Assembly (NCBI GenBank): GCA_015058375.1
Contig: SVCK01000150.1
Span: 2,472-66,471 of the forward strand
Source: Clostridium sp.
Lineage (GTDB): Bacteria; Bacillota; Clostridia; Clostridiales; Clostridiaceae
Direction: 5' to 3'
Length of the DNA: 64,000 bases
In this document: piece by piece, positions 1-10,144 of the stretch
How positions within the stretch are numbered: the first letter of the stretch is position 1
Layout of the letters: each line of letters opens with the position of its first letter
Program-made: the position numbers and the translations under genes
The notes under the pieces: generated by a model
Database searches by the model: none
What the model was told of the DNA's origin: nothing
What the model saw: the letters and a program-made list of their open reading frames with translations, nothing else

Positions 1-204
1 TTCAAAAATATATTTTTCTTTCTCTCCATTCCCCCAGTTTGAAAAGTCTACTTCAATCCAGTCGGAATTATTATCTCCTAAAATATTATTTAACTTATTT
101 AAGGTTTTAAAAGACTCATCCTTATTTAAACTAACAGCACATACTGCCCTTATTGAAGATAAAATATCCTGCTTTTCTTCCTGGGTCAAAAGGACCTTAT
201 TTAT
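1..204 (-). pseudogene. 5'-truncated YafY/WYL-family transcriptional regulator fragment (runs off window start)
   Basis: Hand translation INKVLLTQEEKQDILSSIRAV...NSDWIEVDFSNWGNGEKEKYIFE matches the linker region of clostridial YafY/WYL regulators (WIEVDFSxWG). The frame runs into the IS left end, with a stop at 217-219, and no HTH N-terminus is present. Confidence 0.7.
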
Positions 205-205
205 C

Positions 206-1474
206 AATCTGTTAAGTTATATGAACATTGCCTTCGCGCCCTTAGGAAATACAATAGGTCTGTGATACTTAAGAATACCCCCTTAAAAAGGAGAGAAGAA
301 CAATGAGCAAAACTATTATAAAATGCCCTCGCTGTAATTCTGATAAACTATATAAGTTTAGATTGAATAAGCAGGCTAATCAAAAATATCAATGTAGACA
401 GTGCAAACGCCAATTTGCCTTAGGCGATGGTGACGGCTTACCAAAAATGAACTATCCAAAATGTCCAAAGTGTGGTAATGGCACATATTTACATCATGCT
501 TATAAACACTACAATCGTTACAAGTGCAATAATAAAAAATGTAATCATATTATAGTCAAACACCACACCACTAATATTGATGATGCTTCTAGCAAATTAG
601 TCACCGGTTCCCTTTCTATGAAAGGAATGCGTTTTCCACTTCATGTTATATTAACTGCACTAACTTTATACTTTCTGAATAATTCATCAACAAAAGCGAT
701 TTCTCAATTCTTAATGATAAATTCAGGCATTAAAGTTTCTCACATTACTATAGCAAGTTGGACTAATAAATTTGCACCTTTCTTTAAACTGAAAGCTGAT
801 AAGTTTAAAGAAAGTTTAAATCTTCAATCTGACGATTGGCATGCGGATGAGACAGTGGTTTTTATTAATGGCGAAAGATATTATCTTTGGTTAGCTATTG
901 ATTCTGAAACTAGATTTGTTTTAGCATTCCATTTAACTAAATCTAGAAGCTCCGATTCGGCTTATACATTAATAAATGAAGCTAAGACTTATGGTGAACC
1001 TACTAACTTTATAACTGATAGATTACCTTCGTATAACGAGCTGCCGCTACAGTATTAACAAATACTAAGCATATTCCTGTTGCTCCAATGTCTAGTGATA
1101 CAAATAATAATTTAATTGAATCTTTCAATAAAACATTTAAAGCTTGGTATAAAGCTAAAAAGGGATTCAACTCCTTTGAGAAAGCTAATAACTTAATATT
1201 TTTATTTATTTTTCACTATAACTTTATTAGGCCACATGGATCGTTAAATAATAATACTCCAGCAGAAGTTGCCGGCTTTGCTAGCGATAACTTAGCTAAA
1301 AACTCTTGGTTTTCAGCAGCATAATTAAACTTAATATCTTTGATTAACCTGCAAAAATCATCTTTATTGCAGGCTTGTTTGCCATGCAATAAATCATCTA
1401 AACCTATATAATTTTCAAAGAGCAAGTAATTCTATGAAAAATAAAACTATTTTTTCATATCAACTTAACAGATT
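206..1474 (+). mobile_element. IS6-family insertion sequence (~1.27 kb)
   Basis: Terminal inverted repeats AATCTGTTAAGTT-ATATGAA (206-225) and TTCATATCAACTTAACAGATT (1454-1474) enclose a DDE transposase. No flanking direct repeat seen. Confidence 0.85.
303..1324 (+). pseudogene. IS6-family DDE transposase with N-terminal Zn ribbons, frameshifted near 1040
   Basis: CPRC..CRQC and CPKC..C motifs, WHADET, LWLAID, ITDR, NNLIESFN. Restoring one base at ~1040 joins the two ORFs (YNE-AAATVLTNTKHIPVAPMSSD). Confidence 0.85.
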
Positions 1475-1682
1475 CATAATTACAATTCATATGCTATCAA
1501 ATTAAAATTTTTTATTCAACCCACTTTTTATAAGATTGGATATATGAATAAAAGTAGTATGTTACGACATAACGCGCCTTTAACAAGGCTGTTATGAAAA
1601 TACACTTTTTTATAATTCAGCCCATTTTTTTGTATTTTAATTAACACTTTAAAAAAAAATATATATTTTTTTCAAAAAAACG

Positions 1683-1711
1683 TTGCAAAAATTATGAATT
1701 AGTTGTAATAT
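1683..1711 (+). promoter_or_regulatory. sigma-A-like promoter of the M4 peptidase gene
   Basis: TTGCAA-17 bp-TAATAT upstream of an AGGGGG RBS. Confidence 0.45.
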
Positions 1712-1762
1712 TATCTCAATAGTTAGTTTTTTTTACATTTTTTAATTAAAGGGGGAATATTT

Positions 1763-3403
1763 ATGAAAAAACAAAAATTATCTATTTTAATAACTACTGC
1801 TTTATCAACACTTTTATTCTTTGGTAATATTACATCTTATGCTGCGCCTCAAGCAACAAGCAATAAACAAACAGAAGAATTTAACACTATTGAAGAATTA
1901 AAGGACGTAAATGATGGACAAGTTCCTGAATATTTTTCTGATGATAAAGAAGATTTCAAATTCATCGATGGTTCATACACAAACATAAAAGTTGATACTA
2001 AAGATGATGCTGTAAATTCTATTAACAGTATCAAAAACTTAATGAACATAGACTATCCTGCTGATGAACTTGAAGTTGTTAAAGTTAATCAATCAAAATA
2101 TGTAAACTCTTATAAATTACAACAAGTTTATAATAGAGTACCTGTATATGGACGTGAAGTCGTAGTTATAACTGATAAAGAAGGAAACACTACTTCTGTT
2201 GGAGGAAATTATTTAGAAGACTTAAATGTTAATACACGTCCTGCCTTAGGACAAGTTGAAGCAGGTTCATATGCTTTAAAAAACTTTGAAAAGGATGCAA
2301 AGGTATCAGCTAATGAATTAGCTATCTATACTTTAGATGACACTACTCCAACTCTTTGTTGGAAAGTAACTATTGATGGAGTTAAAAATGGTGAAACTGC
2401 ATACGAAGATGTATTTGTTAACGCTAATACTGGTGATATAGTTACAGAAGTTTCATTATTACACGAAGCTGCTACTACTGCTTCTGGTAAAGATTTAAAA
2501 GGTGTAACTCAACAATTCAATGCAAACACTGCAAGAGTAAGAACAGGATCATGGTGGTCTTATTCTTACAAAAATGTTTTTCAATTATATGATACTGTAA
2601 GAAATATTGTTATTAATGATTATTCAACTGGTTCAACAGTATACAGCACAACATCAACATTTAATGATCCTGCTGCTGTTTCTGCATTAGTAAACATTGC
2701 AAAAACATATGATTACTACAAAAATGCTTTAGGTAGAAATTCTTACGATGATAATGGTGCAGTAATACCTGCAACTGTACACTACACTGAAAATGGTAGA
2801 GGATATGATAATGCATACTGGTCACCTCAAGAAAATAAATTTGTTTTTGGTGATGGTGAAACTTATTTCACACCATTATCAGGTGCTTTAGATGTTATAG
2901 GACACGAATTTACACATGCTGTTATTTCAAATACTTGTGACCTTAGATATCAAGGAGAATCAGGAGCTTTAAATGAAGCATATGCTGATATTATGGGTAA
3001 CTTCATTGAAGGAAAGAATGAAAGCAGATGGCTTATCGGTGAAGATATAATGAAAAATGGTGATGCTGGTTTAAGATGTATGTCTAATCCAGAACAATTC
3101 AGTCAACCAAGCAAAGTTGGTGGAAGATATTATGTAAATCCAAATTCATCAAGAGATAATGGTGGAGTTCACACTAATAGTGGTATCTTAAATCACGCTG
3201 CATATTTAATGTGGAAAAATGGTATTTCTAATAAGTCTAAATTAGCTGATTTATTCTATAATTCTTTATTCCTAATGAATTCATCATCTAATTTCAAACA
3301 ATGTAGAATCGCTGTATTAAAAGCTGCTAAAAACATGAGCATGACTTCTTCTGAAATACAAATAATAAAAGATGCATTTGATACTGTTGGAGTAACAGCT
3401 TAA
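1763..3403 (+). CDS. Secreted M4 (thermolysin-family) metalloprotease, pre-pro form
   Basis: Signal peptide, FTP/PepSY-like propeptide, NAYW, HEFTH, GALNEAYAD, GGVHTNSG. Confidence 0.95.
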   Translation: MKKQKLSILITTALSTLLFFGNITSYAAPQATSNKQTEEFNTIEELKDVNDGQVPEYFSDDKEDFKFIDGSYTNIKVDTKDDAVNSINSIKNLMNIDYPADELEVVKVNQSKYVNSYKLQQVYNRVPVYGREVVVITDKEGNTTSVGGNYLEDLNVNTRPALGQVEAGSYALKNFEKDAKVSANELAIYTLDDTTPTLCWKVTIDGVKNGETAYEDVFVNANTGDIVTEVSLLHEAATTASGKDLKGVTQQFNANTARVRTGSWWSYSYKNVFQLYDTVRNIVINDYSTGSTVYSTTSTFNDPAAVSALVNIAKTYDYYKNALGRNSYDDNGAVIPATVHYTENGRGYDNAYWSPQENKFVFGDGETYFTPLSGALDVIGHEFTHAVISNTCDLRYQGESGALNEAYADIMGNFIEGKNESRWLIGEDIMKNGDAGLRCMSNPEQFSQPSKVGGRYYVNPNSSRDNGGVHTNSGILNHAAYLMWKNGISNKSKLADLFYNSLFLMNSSSNFKQCRIAVLKAAKNMSMTSSEIQIIKDAFDTVGVTA

Positions 3404-3407
3404 TTAT

Positions 3408-3434
3408 AAAAAAGGCACTGAAGTGCCTTTTTTT
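3408..3434 (+). terminator. Intrinsic terminator
   Basis: AAAAAAGGCACT-GA-AGTGCCTTTTTTT directly after the stop codon. Confidence 0.85.
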
Positions 3435-3528
3435 ATTTTCACTTATTTTTCAACACAGTAATCTTACATAAATTTTTGCCTTTTTTATCATTTTATCAAC
3501 AATAAGCCTTTATTTATGTATACTTTTG

Positions 3529-3628
3529 TGTTATAATATTCTTGATTTGCAAATTAAAGGATATTTTGATTGTCAAGTTTTATCACAAAAACCTTTAATA
3601 ACCCCCTAGTTTATTAAAGGTTTTTTGT
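3529..3628 (+). ncRNA. Candidate small RNA (~85 nt)
   Basis: Extended -10 TGtTATAAT (3529-3537), then a hairpin AAAAACCTTTAATAA-cccccTAGT-TTATTAAAGGTTTTTT (3586-3626). Both flanking genes have their own terminators. Confidence 0.35.
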
Positions 3629-3777
3629 ATCCTTAATTATGTGAATAATAGTTTTGTACGAACTTAATTATTATTTCAAAAAAATATTACTGGAATTTTT
3701 CTTTTCCAGTACTATTTTTTTGCTCATTAATCATATAAATTTTCAAATTCATCAAACTTTTTATTACATATAATATT

Positions 3778-4905
3778 TTATTGTTCATCTACTACTTCTT
3801 CATCTTTGTAAGTTTTAAGTTCCTCTTCAAATTCTTTTCTCCAAGGATGATTCTCATCTTTATAAATTATAGCCATAAATCTTTTAGCCGCCTCAACATA
3901 GCCATTAGTTAATCCCTGACTTATATAATCTTTCAAATATGAATTCATATTTTCCTTATTCAACTCACAAATATTTTCCCAATAAAATGCATCAATATAA
4001 TCTTGTTCTTCTATAGTTCCTTCTGCCAATTTAAGTACAATAGTTTTTGTCCATTCTCCTAAGTCTTCAAAATTTTCAAGATATTCTTTATTAACTCCTG
4101 CCGCCAAAGATCCAGCATCACCTATACATCGTTGAGCTGTCTTATTATATCTTCCTGCTGCTACACTATTTAAAAGAATATTTTCAACTCTCATTTTTAC
4201 CGCTCTATTTGTATACGACCAATACTTACCTGGACATATCTTCAAAATAGTTTTTATATCATTTTCATCAGTTGTATATTTAAGTTGCTCTCCTACTACT
4301 GAATATACTCTCCTAATATCTTTCTCATCCAAATTTTGCAAAAGAGATGACATAAATAAAGCTAAATTTTCTATATCGGCTTCATTTCTCTTTTGAAGAA
4401 CTGATATTGCAATACTACATTTTCTTCCTTTTGGTATCTCAGAAACAAGAAGATCTGAATATTCTTTAGACTTTACATAATAATTATCAAAAACACGCTT
4501 TAAAAATATATTTTCTTCAAATCCAAGCTTAGACTTATCTATTATCTTTAATAAATAATCTATAAAAATAATAATCGGATCACAATCTTCTTTCTTATCT
4601 TTTGGATTATCATAAGTTCTAGGATTTCTAACTGCTGTAAAAAAGCCTTTCAAAATTTCTTTAATACCTCTTTGAATGTCTTTATCTGAAGCTGTATGAA
4701 GATTATTAATTCTTATTTTAGGATGTTCCCCTCCAAAAGCTTTTTCTGCAAGTTTTACTCCATCTATATCAAGTCCGCTTTTATTTCGTATTGTTTCTGT
4801 TAAAAAATGCATTCCATCTAATATAGCTCCAGTGTAATTTCCTTTTTCATAATTTTCACGACACGCCAACCATAATTCTTCTTTTATTTCATGTTTCAAG
4901 TCCAT
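3778..4905 (-). CDS. TIGR02391 (Ymh)-domain protein with uncharacterised C-terminal region
   Basis: N-terminal RNKSGLDIDGVKLAEKAF...SDKDIQRG...GFFTAVRNP pattern. Confidence 0.75.
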   Translation of the reverse strand: MDLKHEIKEELWLACRENYEKGNYTGAILDGMHFLTETIRNKSGLDIDGVKLAEKAFGGEHPKIRINNLHTASDKDIQRGIKEILKGFFTAVRNPRTYDNPKDKKEDCDPIIIFIDYLLKIIDKSKLGFEENIFLKRVFDNYYVKSKEYSDLLVSEIPKGRKCSIAISVLQKRNEADIENLALFMSSLLQNLDEKDIRRVYSVVGEQLKYTTDENDIKTILKICPGKYWSYTNRAVKMRVENILLNSVAAGRYNKTAQRCIGDAGSLAAGVNKEYLENFEDLGEWTKTIVLKLAEGTIEEQDYIDAFYWENICELNKENMNSYLKDYISQGLTNGYVEAAKRFMAIIYKDENHPWRKEFEEELKTYKDEEVVDEQ

Positions 4906-5049
4906 AATATCCCTCCCATTTAACTTTAATCTTACATACTTTAATTTTATTTTATATCATTTCACATATTTTAACAAATTGCAACTTCTTAATATATAAT
5001 ACATTCAAAAAAAGGATACAAAAAAGCATCCTTATTAAATATACTAATA

Positions 5050-5697
5050 TTAAATTGATATATAAAGTCTATTATCCTCTTTAAAATAGACTCCTTCATT
5101 ATCTTTATAAATTTCAGCCTTTCCATTAGTTTCTTCTATGAAAGTCTTCTCAATTATATCTGCCACATCTTTCTTAGCTAAAATATGAATTTCCACTTTA
5201 TCCGAATAAACACTATCTTCAATATGCCACTGATTTTGTCCGCACACATATTGAATCTTTCCTAAAAGATCATAATCAATCTTAACAATAACTTCTACAC
5301 CTTCAACCTTTTCAACTATACCTGCTGCTTTAATCGCTATAGCTGCTCCCTTAGTATACGCACGAGTAAGCCCTCCTGTTCCAAGAAGAATTCCTCCAAA
5401 ATATCTCGTAACAACTACAGCACAGTCCTTAACTTCATTTTTCTTCATTACTTCCAGTATAGGAATTCCAGCTGTTCCTTGAGGTTCACCATCATCTGAA
5501 TATCTTTGTATGCCCATATTTTCTCCTATTATATAAGCATAACAATTATGTCTTGCTTGTTTATGTTTATTTTTTATCTCATTAACAAATTCTTTAGCTT
5601 CTTCTTCACTTTCTACTCTTTTGCAATAGCCTATAAACTCTGATTTCTTTTCTTCAAATGAATCTTCACCAAAGTCTCTTACTGTTACATATGACAT
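5050..5697 (-). CDS. yigZ: YigZ/IMPACT family protein
   Basis: EEKKSEF, HNCYAY, SDDGEPQGTAG, VVTRYFGGILLGTGGLTRAY. Confidence 0.95.
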   Translation of the reverse strand: MSYVTVRDFGEDSFEEKKSEFIGYCKRVESEEEAKEFVNEIKNKHKQARHNCYAYIIGENMGIQRYSDDGEPQGTAGIPILEVMKKNEVKDCAVVVTRYFGGILLGTGGLTRAYTKGAAIAIKAAGIVEKVEGVEVIVKIDYDLLGKIQYVCGQNQWHIEDSVYSDKVEIHILAKKDVADIIEKTFIEETNGKAEIYKDNEGVYFKEDNRLYISI

Positions 5698-7103
5698 TTA
5701 CTAAGCTCCTCCCTTATGATTTTAATTCCCTTTAAAATCTTTTCTTCATTTGTCTGCGAAAAACTTAATCTTAAAGTGTTTTCCCCTTCCTGCATCTTGC
5801 TGTAAAACAATACTCCTGGAGTTATATACACTCCTCTTTCTCTTAGCTTAAAGAAAAGTTCTTTTGAAGTTAAATTAGTATTTTTTAATTTTAAATAAAA
5901 ATTCAATCCTCCTCCTGGAATTATAAAACTCACTTTATCAGCAAGTTCAATTTGCATAACTCTCTTCATCAAATTATACCTTGATTTATATTCTTTCCTT
6001 AAATTAAAGATATTTTCTTTCCATGCTCCCTTTGATATGTATATTTCAAGAACTCTTTGCATGAGACTTGATGTTGCTATATCTGTATTAATTTTTGAAG
6101 TTAAAATACTCTCTTTAAATACCTTAGGAGCAATCATATATCCAATTCTTACTCCAGGCAAAAATATTTTTGAAAAGCTTTTTATATATATAACCCTGTC
6201 ATATTTATCTAAACTCTTAAAAGTTATATACTCAATATTATTATTATAAATTAATTCTGATAAATAGTCATCTTCTACTATGTAAAAATCATATTTTTCA
6301 GCCAACTCTATAAGCTTCTTCTTTTTTTCCAAAGAATAACTAATACCTGTTGGATTTTGAAAATAACTCATAGTATAAAAATATCTTATTTTATTCTTCT
6401 TAAGTATTTTTTCAAATTGCTCTAAGTCTACTCCGTCCTCTTCCATATCTACTTCAAAAATATTCGCTCTTCTCCATTTAAATACAAATAAAGCTCCTCC
6501 ATAAGTAGGTTTTTCTACTATAACATTATCATTTATATTTAAAATTGCTTTAGAAGCAATATCTATCCCCTGCTGTGCTCCTGATACAATTAATATATCT
6601 TCATCTTCTACACTATTATTCCAAAATACAGTATTAATTGTTTTCCTCAGTTTTTCATAACCAAGAGAACTTTGAGATATCAATGTTTCTGCTCCATCTC
6701 TTTCTAAAACTGTATCTATAATATTCTTAAATTCATCTATAGGAAATAAAAAATCTCCTACTGTTTCACCTGAAAAATCTATAATATTATCCAAATTATC
6801 TTGTGCTAAAAGTATTTTAAATGTTTTTGAATATTCCTTCCTAAATAAAGATACATTCTCTTTCTTTTTTGCATAAGTTCCACTTCCCATTTTCTGATAA
6901 GCAAAACCTTCTTGTTCAAGTTTTTTATATGCATTAATTACTGTAATTTTGTTAACTTTTAAATATTCTGTATATTCTCGTATTGTAGGTAATTTTTCAC
7001 CATCATCTATTATATGATTCTCTATTAATTTTTTTATATGTAACGCAATTTGCATATATTTGGATATATCTTCTTTAAACTCAACTTTAAAATACTCTTT
7101 CAT
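5685..7103 (-). CDS. MocR/GntR-family regulator with PLP-dependent aminotransferase domain
   Basis: GEKLPTIRE wHTH; FQNPTG, EDDY, SFSKIFLPGVRIG. Confidence 0.92.
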   Translation of the reverse strand: MKEYFKVEFKEDISKYMQIALHIKKLIENHIIDDGEKLPTIREYTEYLKVNKITVINAYKKLEQEGFAYQKMGSGTYAKKKENVSLFRKEYSKTFKILLAQDNLDNIIDFSGETVGDFLFPIDEFKNIIDTVLERDGAETLISQSSLGYEKLRKTINTVFWNNSVEDEDILIVSGAQQGIDIASKAILNINDNVIVEKPTYGGALFVFKWRRANIFEVDMEEDGVDLEQFEKILKKNKIRYFYTMSYFQNPTGISYSLEKKKKLIELAEKYDFYIVEDDYLSELIYNNNIEYITFKSLDKYDRVIYIKSFSKIFLPGVRIGYMIAPKVFKESILTSKINTDIATSSLMQRVLEIYISKGAWKENIFNLRKEYKSRYNLMKRVMQIELADKVSFIIPGGGLNFYLKLKNTNLTSKELFFKLRERGVYITPGVLFYSKMQEGENTLRLSFSQTNEEKILKGIKIIREELSKCHM

Positions 7104-7124
7104 AATAATACAAGCCCCCTAATA

Positions 7125-8033
7125 TTATTTTCTTATCTTCGCCGCATAAACATTCTCATCTAAGATTTTTGCCCCACTCTCATCTTTAAAACTTCTTTTA
7201 TGCTTCACTATAATTTCTCTCTTTGCTAATTCCTTTAATATGTTTTCAATCTTAATCTTAAATCCATCAAAACTTTCATGAGTTGAAATTTCATATGAAC
7301 TCACAAACTCGTCCTTTTCTTCAAGAAAATTCAAAAGTGCTCTGGATATAATCATAATATTTCCATCTAAAAAATCACTAATATATTTAATTGATGCAGT
7401 TATTTTTTCTTTGCTCACTTCTGAATTAAATACATCATTTACTATTTTTCTAAAATCATCATTTAAATTTACTGCCATTGTAAGAGAATCCTTAGTAACT
7501 GTATATCCACTTAAATTCATCAAAAGCTTTGAATAATTATCAAAAACTCTTATTAAGATTTCATAAGAAGTTACATTTCCTCCATTTTGAAGATATTTTC
7601 TACATATACCTAAGTCTTTCAAAAGCATTCCTAAATAAACAAGATTCCATTTTTCACTTTCTGTATTCTTTAAAGAATACCTTGCTTTATTATAAAGATT
7701 TGATATATCTTTATCATTTGAATAAATCAATTTTGAAGAAATTAAAAGATTCCTTACAAAGCCCTTATCCTTTTCCTTTTTATAAAGCTTAAGAAAAGAT
7801 TCTTTATTTAATAATTTAGTATGAACTTGCACTCCTAAGCTTTCTGAATAAACATCTCTTACTCTGCTGTATTCATCTTTATACACAACAAATAAATCAA
7901 TATCAGATTCTTCCCATACATCACCAGAAACTATACTTCCAAAAGTAAAAATAGCTAAAACTTTTTTGTTCTTCTTTAATGTATTAACAATTGATTGAAA
8001 AGCCTTCTGTAACTCAACTACTGTTTTAGTCAT
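7125..8033 (-). CDS. Nucleotidyltransferase-domain protein
   Basis: FGS...SDIDL Pol-beta superfamily motif. Confidence 0.75.
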   Translation of the reverse strand: MTKTVVELQKAFQSIVNTLKKNKKVLAIFTFGSIVSGDVWEESDIDLFVVYKDEYSRVRDVYSESLGVQVHTKLLNKESFLKLYKKEKDKGFVRNLLISSKLIYSNDKDISNLYNKARYSLKNTESEKWNLVYLGMLLKDLGICRKYLQNGGNVTSYEILIRVFDNYSKLLMNLSGYTVTKDSLTMAVNLNDDFRKIVNDVFNSEVSKEKITASIKYISDFLDGNIMIISRALLNFLEEKDEFVSSYEISTHESFDGFKIKIENILKELAKREIIVKHKRSFKDESGAKILDENVYAAKIRK

Positions 8034-8165
8034 TTTGCCTCTCCTTTATCATATTTACTTATTTTTAATTATAACACATAAGCATTATTAACTATATACT
8101 TTCCTTTTAAGTAAAAAGGATATTATGCAACTAATTTTACACAATATCCTTTATATATCATTTCT

Positions 8166-9962
8166 TTATTGTATAACATTTATAGAATATTCTTTACTCT
8201 TATTAAAAGTTTCATCATCAACTTCAACAATCATAAATGTACCATTATCTCTATATTCTTCTTCAAATATTCTTCCATTTCTATGTAAGAATGAAACCAC
8301 ATCCCCTTTATCATAAGGAATTAAATATTCACTTTTAATAAGATTATATGGAAGTTTTTCTTCTATAAGTTCTAGAAGTTCTTCTAAGTTTATTTCTTCT
8401 TTTGCTGAAATTTCAATTACATCTTTATAATCTACAGTTTCATTTATAGCATTAAGTTTTTCTTCATCTGCCATATCTATTTTATTTAAAACAAGAATAG
8501 TTTCCTTATCTCTTGCTCCAAGTTCTGCTAAAACTTCTTCAACAGCCTTAATTTGTTCTAAAGCATCTTTAGATGAAGCATCTACTACATGACATAAAAG
8601 ATCTGAATAAATAACTTCTTCTAACGTAGATTTAAAAGCTTCCACTAAATCATGAGGAAGTTTTCTTACAAAACCTACTGTATCTGTTAGTGTAATAAGT
8701 CCTTTATTTTTTAATGTCACAGCTCTAGTTGTTATGTCCAAAGTAGCAAATAACATATCTGCTTCAAACACTTTCTCTTTTTTCTTTCCTTCAATAGATG
8801 CTGCTTTATCACATAATGCATTTCTTAAAGTAGACTTTCCTGCATTTGTATATCCTACTAATGAAACTTTAGGTATGCTTTCTTTATTTCTCTTTTCTCT
8901 TTGAACTTCTCTTGTCTTTTTAATTTTCTTAAGTTCATTATTCAAGTCATAAATTGTTTCATTAATATGTCTTCTATCAGTTTCAAGTTTCTTTTCTCCA
9001 GGTCCTCTTGTACCAATACCTCCACCTGTTCTAGAAAGTAATGTACCAAGTCCCATAAGTCTAGTTTTTCTATACTTAAGCTGAGCAAGTTCTACCTGAA
9101 TCTTAGCTTCTTTACTTCTAGCTCTTCTTGCAAATATTTCAAGTATCAAAGTAGTTCTATCAATAACTTTAGCACCAATAGCGTTTTCTAAATTTCTAAC
9201 TTGTGAGCCTGATAATTCATCATCAAAAATTATAACATTTGCCCTAGAAGTTTGTCTTAATGAAGCTATTTCTAATACTTTTCCTCTTCCTATAAAAAAT
9301 GCAGGATCTATCTTACTTCTGCTTTGAAAAACTTTATCTAAAACAGGAATATTACATGCATCTGCTAATTCTGCAAGTTCATCTAAACTTTCTTTAGTAT
9401 CTGAACCAACTAAAATTGCCTTTTCTGTATCATCTTCAATTATATCGCTTTCTTTCAAAAGACTTTCTACAAATCTAGTTCTATCTAATATATCTATAGA
9501 AAGAAGTTCATCTTTAGATATATTTTTCTTCTCTTCACAAATTAATGTATCATTAAAAACATTAAGAGTTCCAAGAGAATAATCAATTATATTTCCTTGA
9601 TATATTCCAATTGCAACTATTGCATCAAGTTTTAACTTTAAAAGTGCAGACATATCAAGAGCAGAAAGATTACATAATCCATTAGGATGTGTATGTATTA
9701 CTCTTACTCCTGAAAGTCTTCCTTCTTTTATATCTAATATAGGAAGTTCTACTGAAGTTGAATCACCTACTGCTACACTATAGACTTTTCCCTTTCTATC
9801 AATAGCAACACTTACTTCTCTTTCTAGCATAGTTGATACATTAACCATTATGTTTATAATCTCTTCATTTACTGCTTCATTTTTTAATGTTTTTATTTGA
9901 TAAATCAGTTCTAATTCATTAAGACAACTTTTTTTAACCCCTTCAATATTTCCATTAATCAT
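8166..9962 (-). CDS. hflX: GTPase HflX, long form with N-terminal extension
   Basis: GYTNAGKST, LFATLD, DTVGF, GIGTRGPGEKKLE. Start moved to the ATG at 9962 behind a GAGGTG RBS. Confidence 0.95.
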   Translation of the reverse strand: MINGNIEGVKKSCLNELELIYQIKTLKNEAVNEEIINIMVNVSTMLEREVSVAIDRKGKVYSVAVGDSTSVELPILDIKEGRLSGVRVIHTHPNGLCNLSALDMSALLKLKLDAIVAIGIYQGNIIDYSLGTLNVFNDTLICEEKKNISKDELLSIDILDRTRFVESLLKESDIIEDDTEKAILVGSDTKESLDELAELADACNIPVLDKVFQSRSKIDPAFFIGRGKVLEIASLRQTSRANVIIFDDELSGSQVRNLENAIGAKVIDRTTLILEIFARRARSKEAKIQVELAQLKYRKTRLMGLGTLLSRTGGGIGTRGPGEKKLETDRRHINETIYDLNNELKKIKKTREVQREKRNKESIPKVSLVGYTNAGKSTLRNALCDKAASIEGKKKEKVFEADMLFATLDITTRAVTLKNKGLITLTDTVGFVRKLPHDLVEAFKSTLEEVIYSDLLCHVVDASSKDALEQIKAVEEVLAELGARDKETILVLNKIDMADEEKLNAINETVDYKDVIEISAKEEINLEELLELIEEKLPYNLIKSEYLIPYDKGDVVSFLHRNGRIFEEEYRDNGTFMIVEVDDETFNKSKEYSINVIQ

Positions 9963-10144
9963 TTTTATCACCTCGCCGATACCTTAGGTTTATGACTTTT
10001 ACCTAATTTTATACTATCCATTTAATATTGTAAACATTCCCTTCTATTATATTAGAATTAAAAGTTGCAAGATGCGACAATAAAATGTAATATTGATAGT
10101 ATGACAATCAACAAATTTTTACCTAATTGAAAGAGAGGATAACA

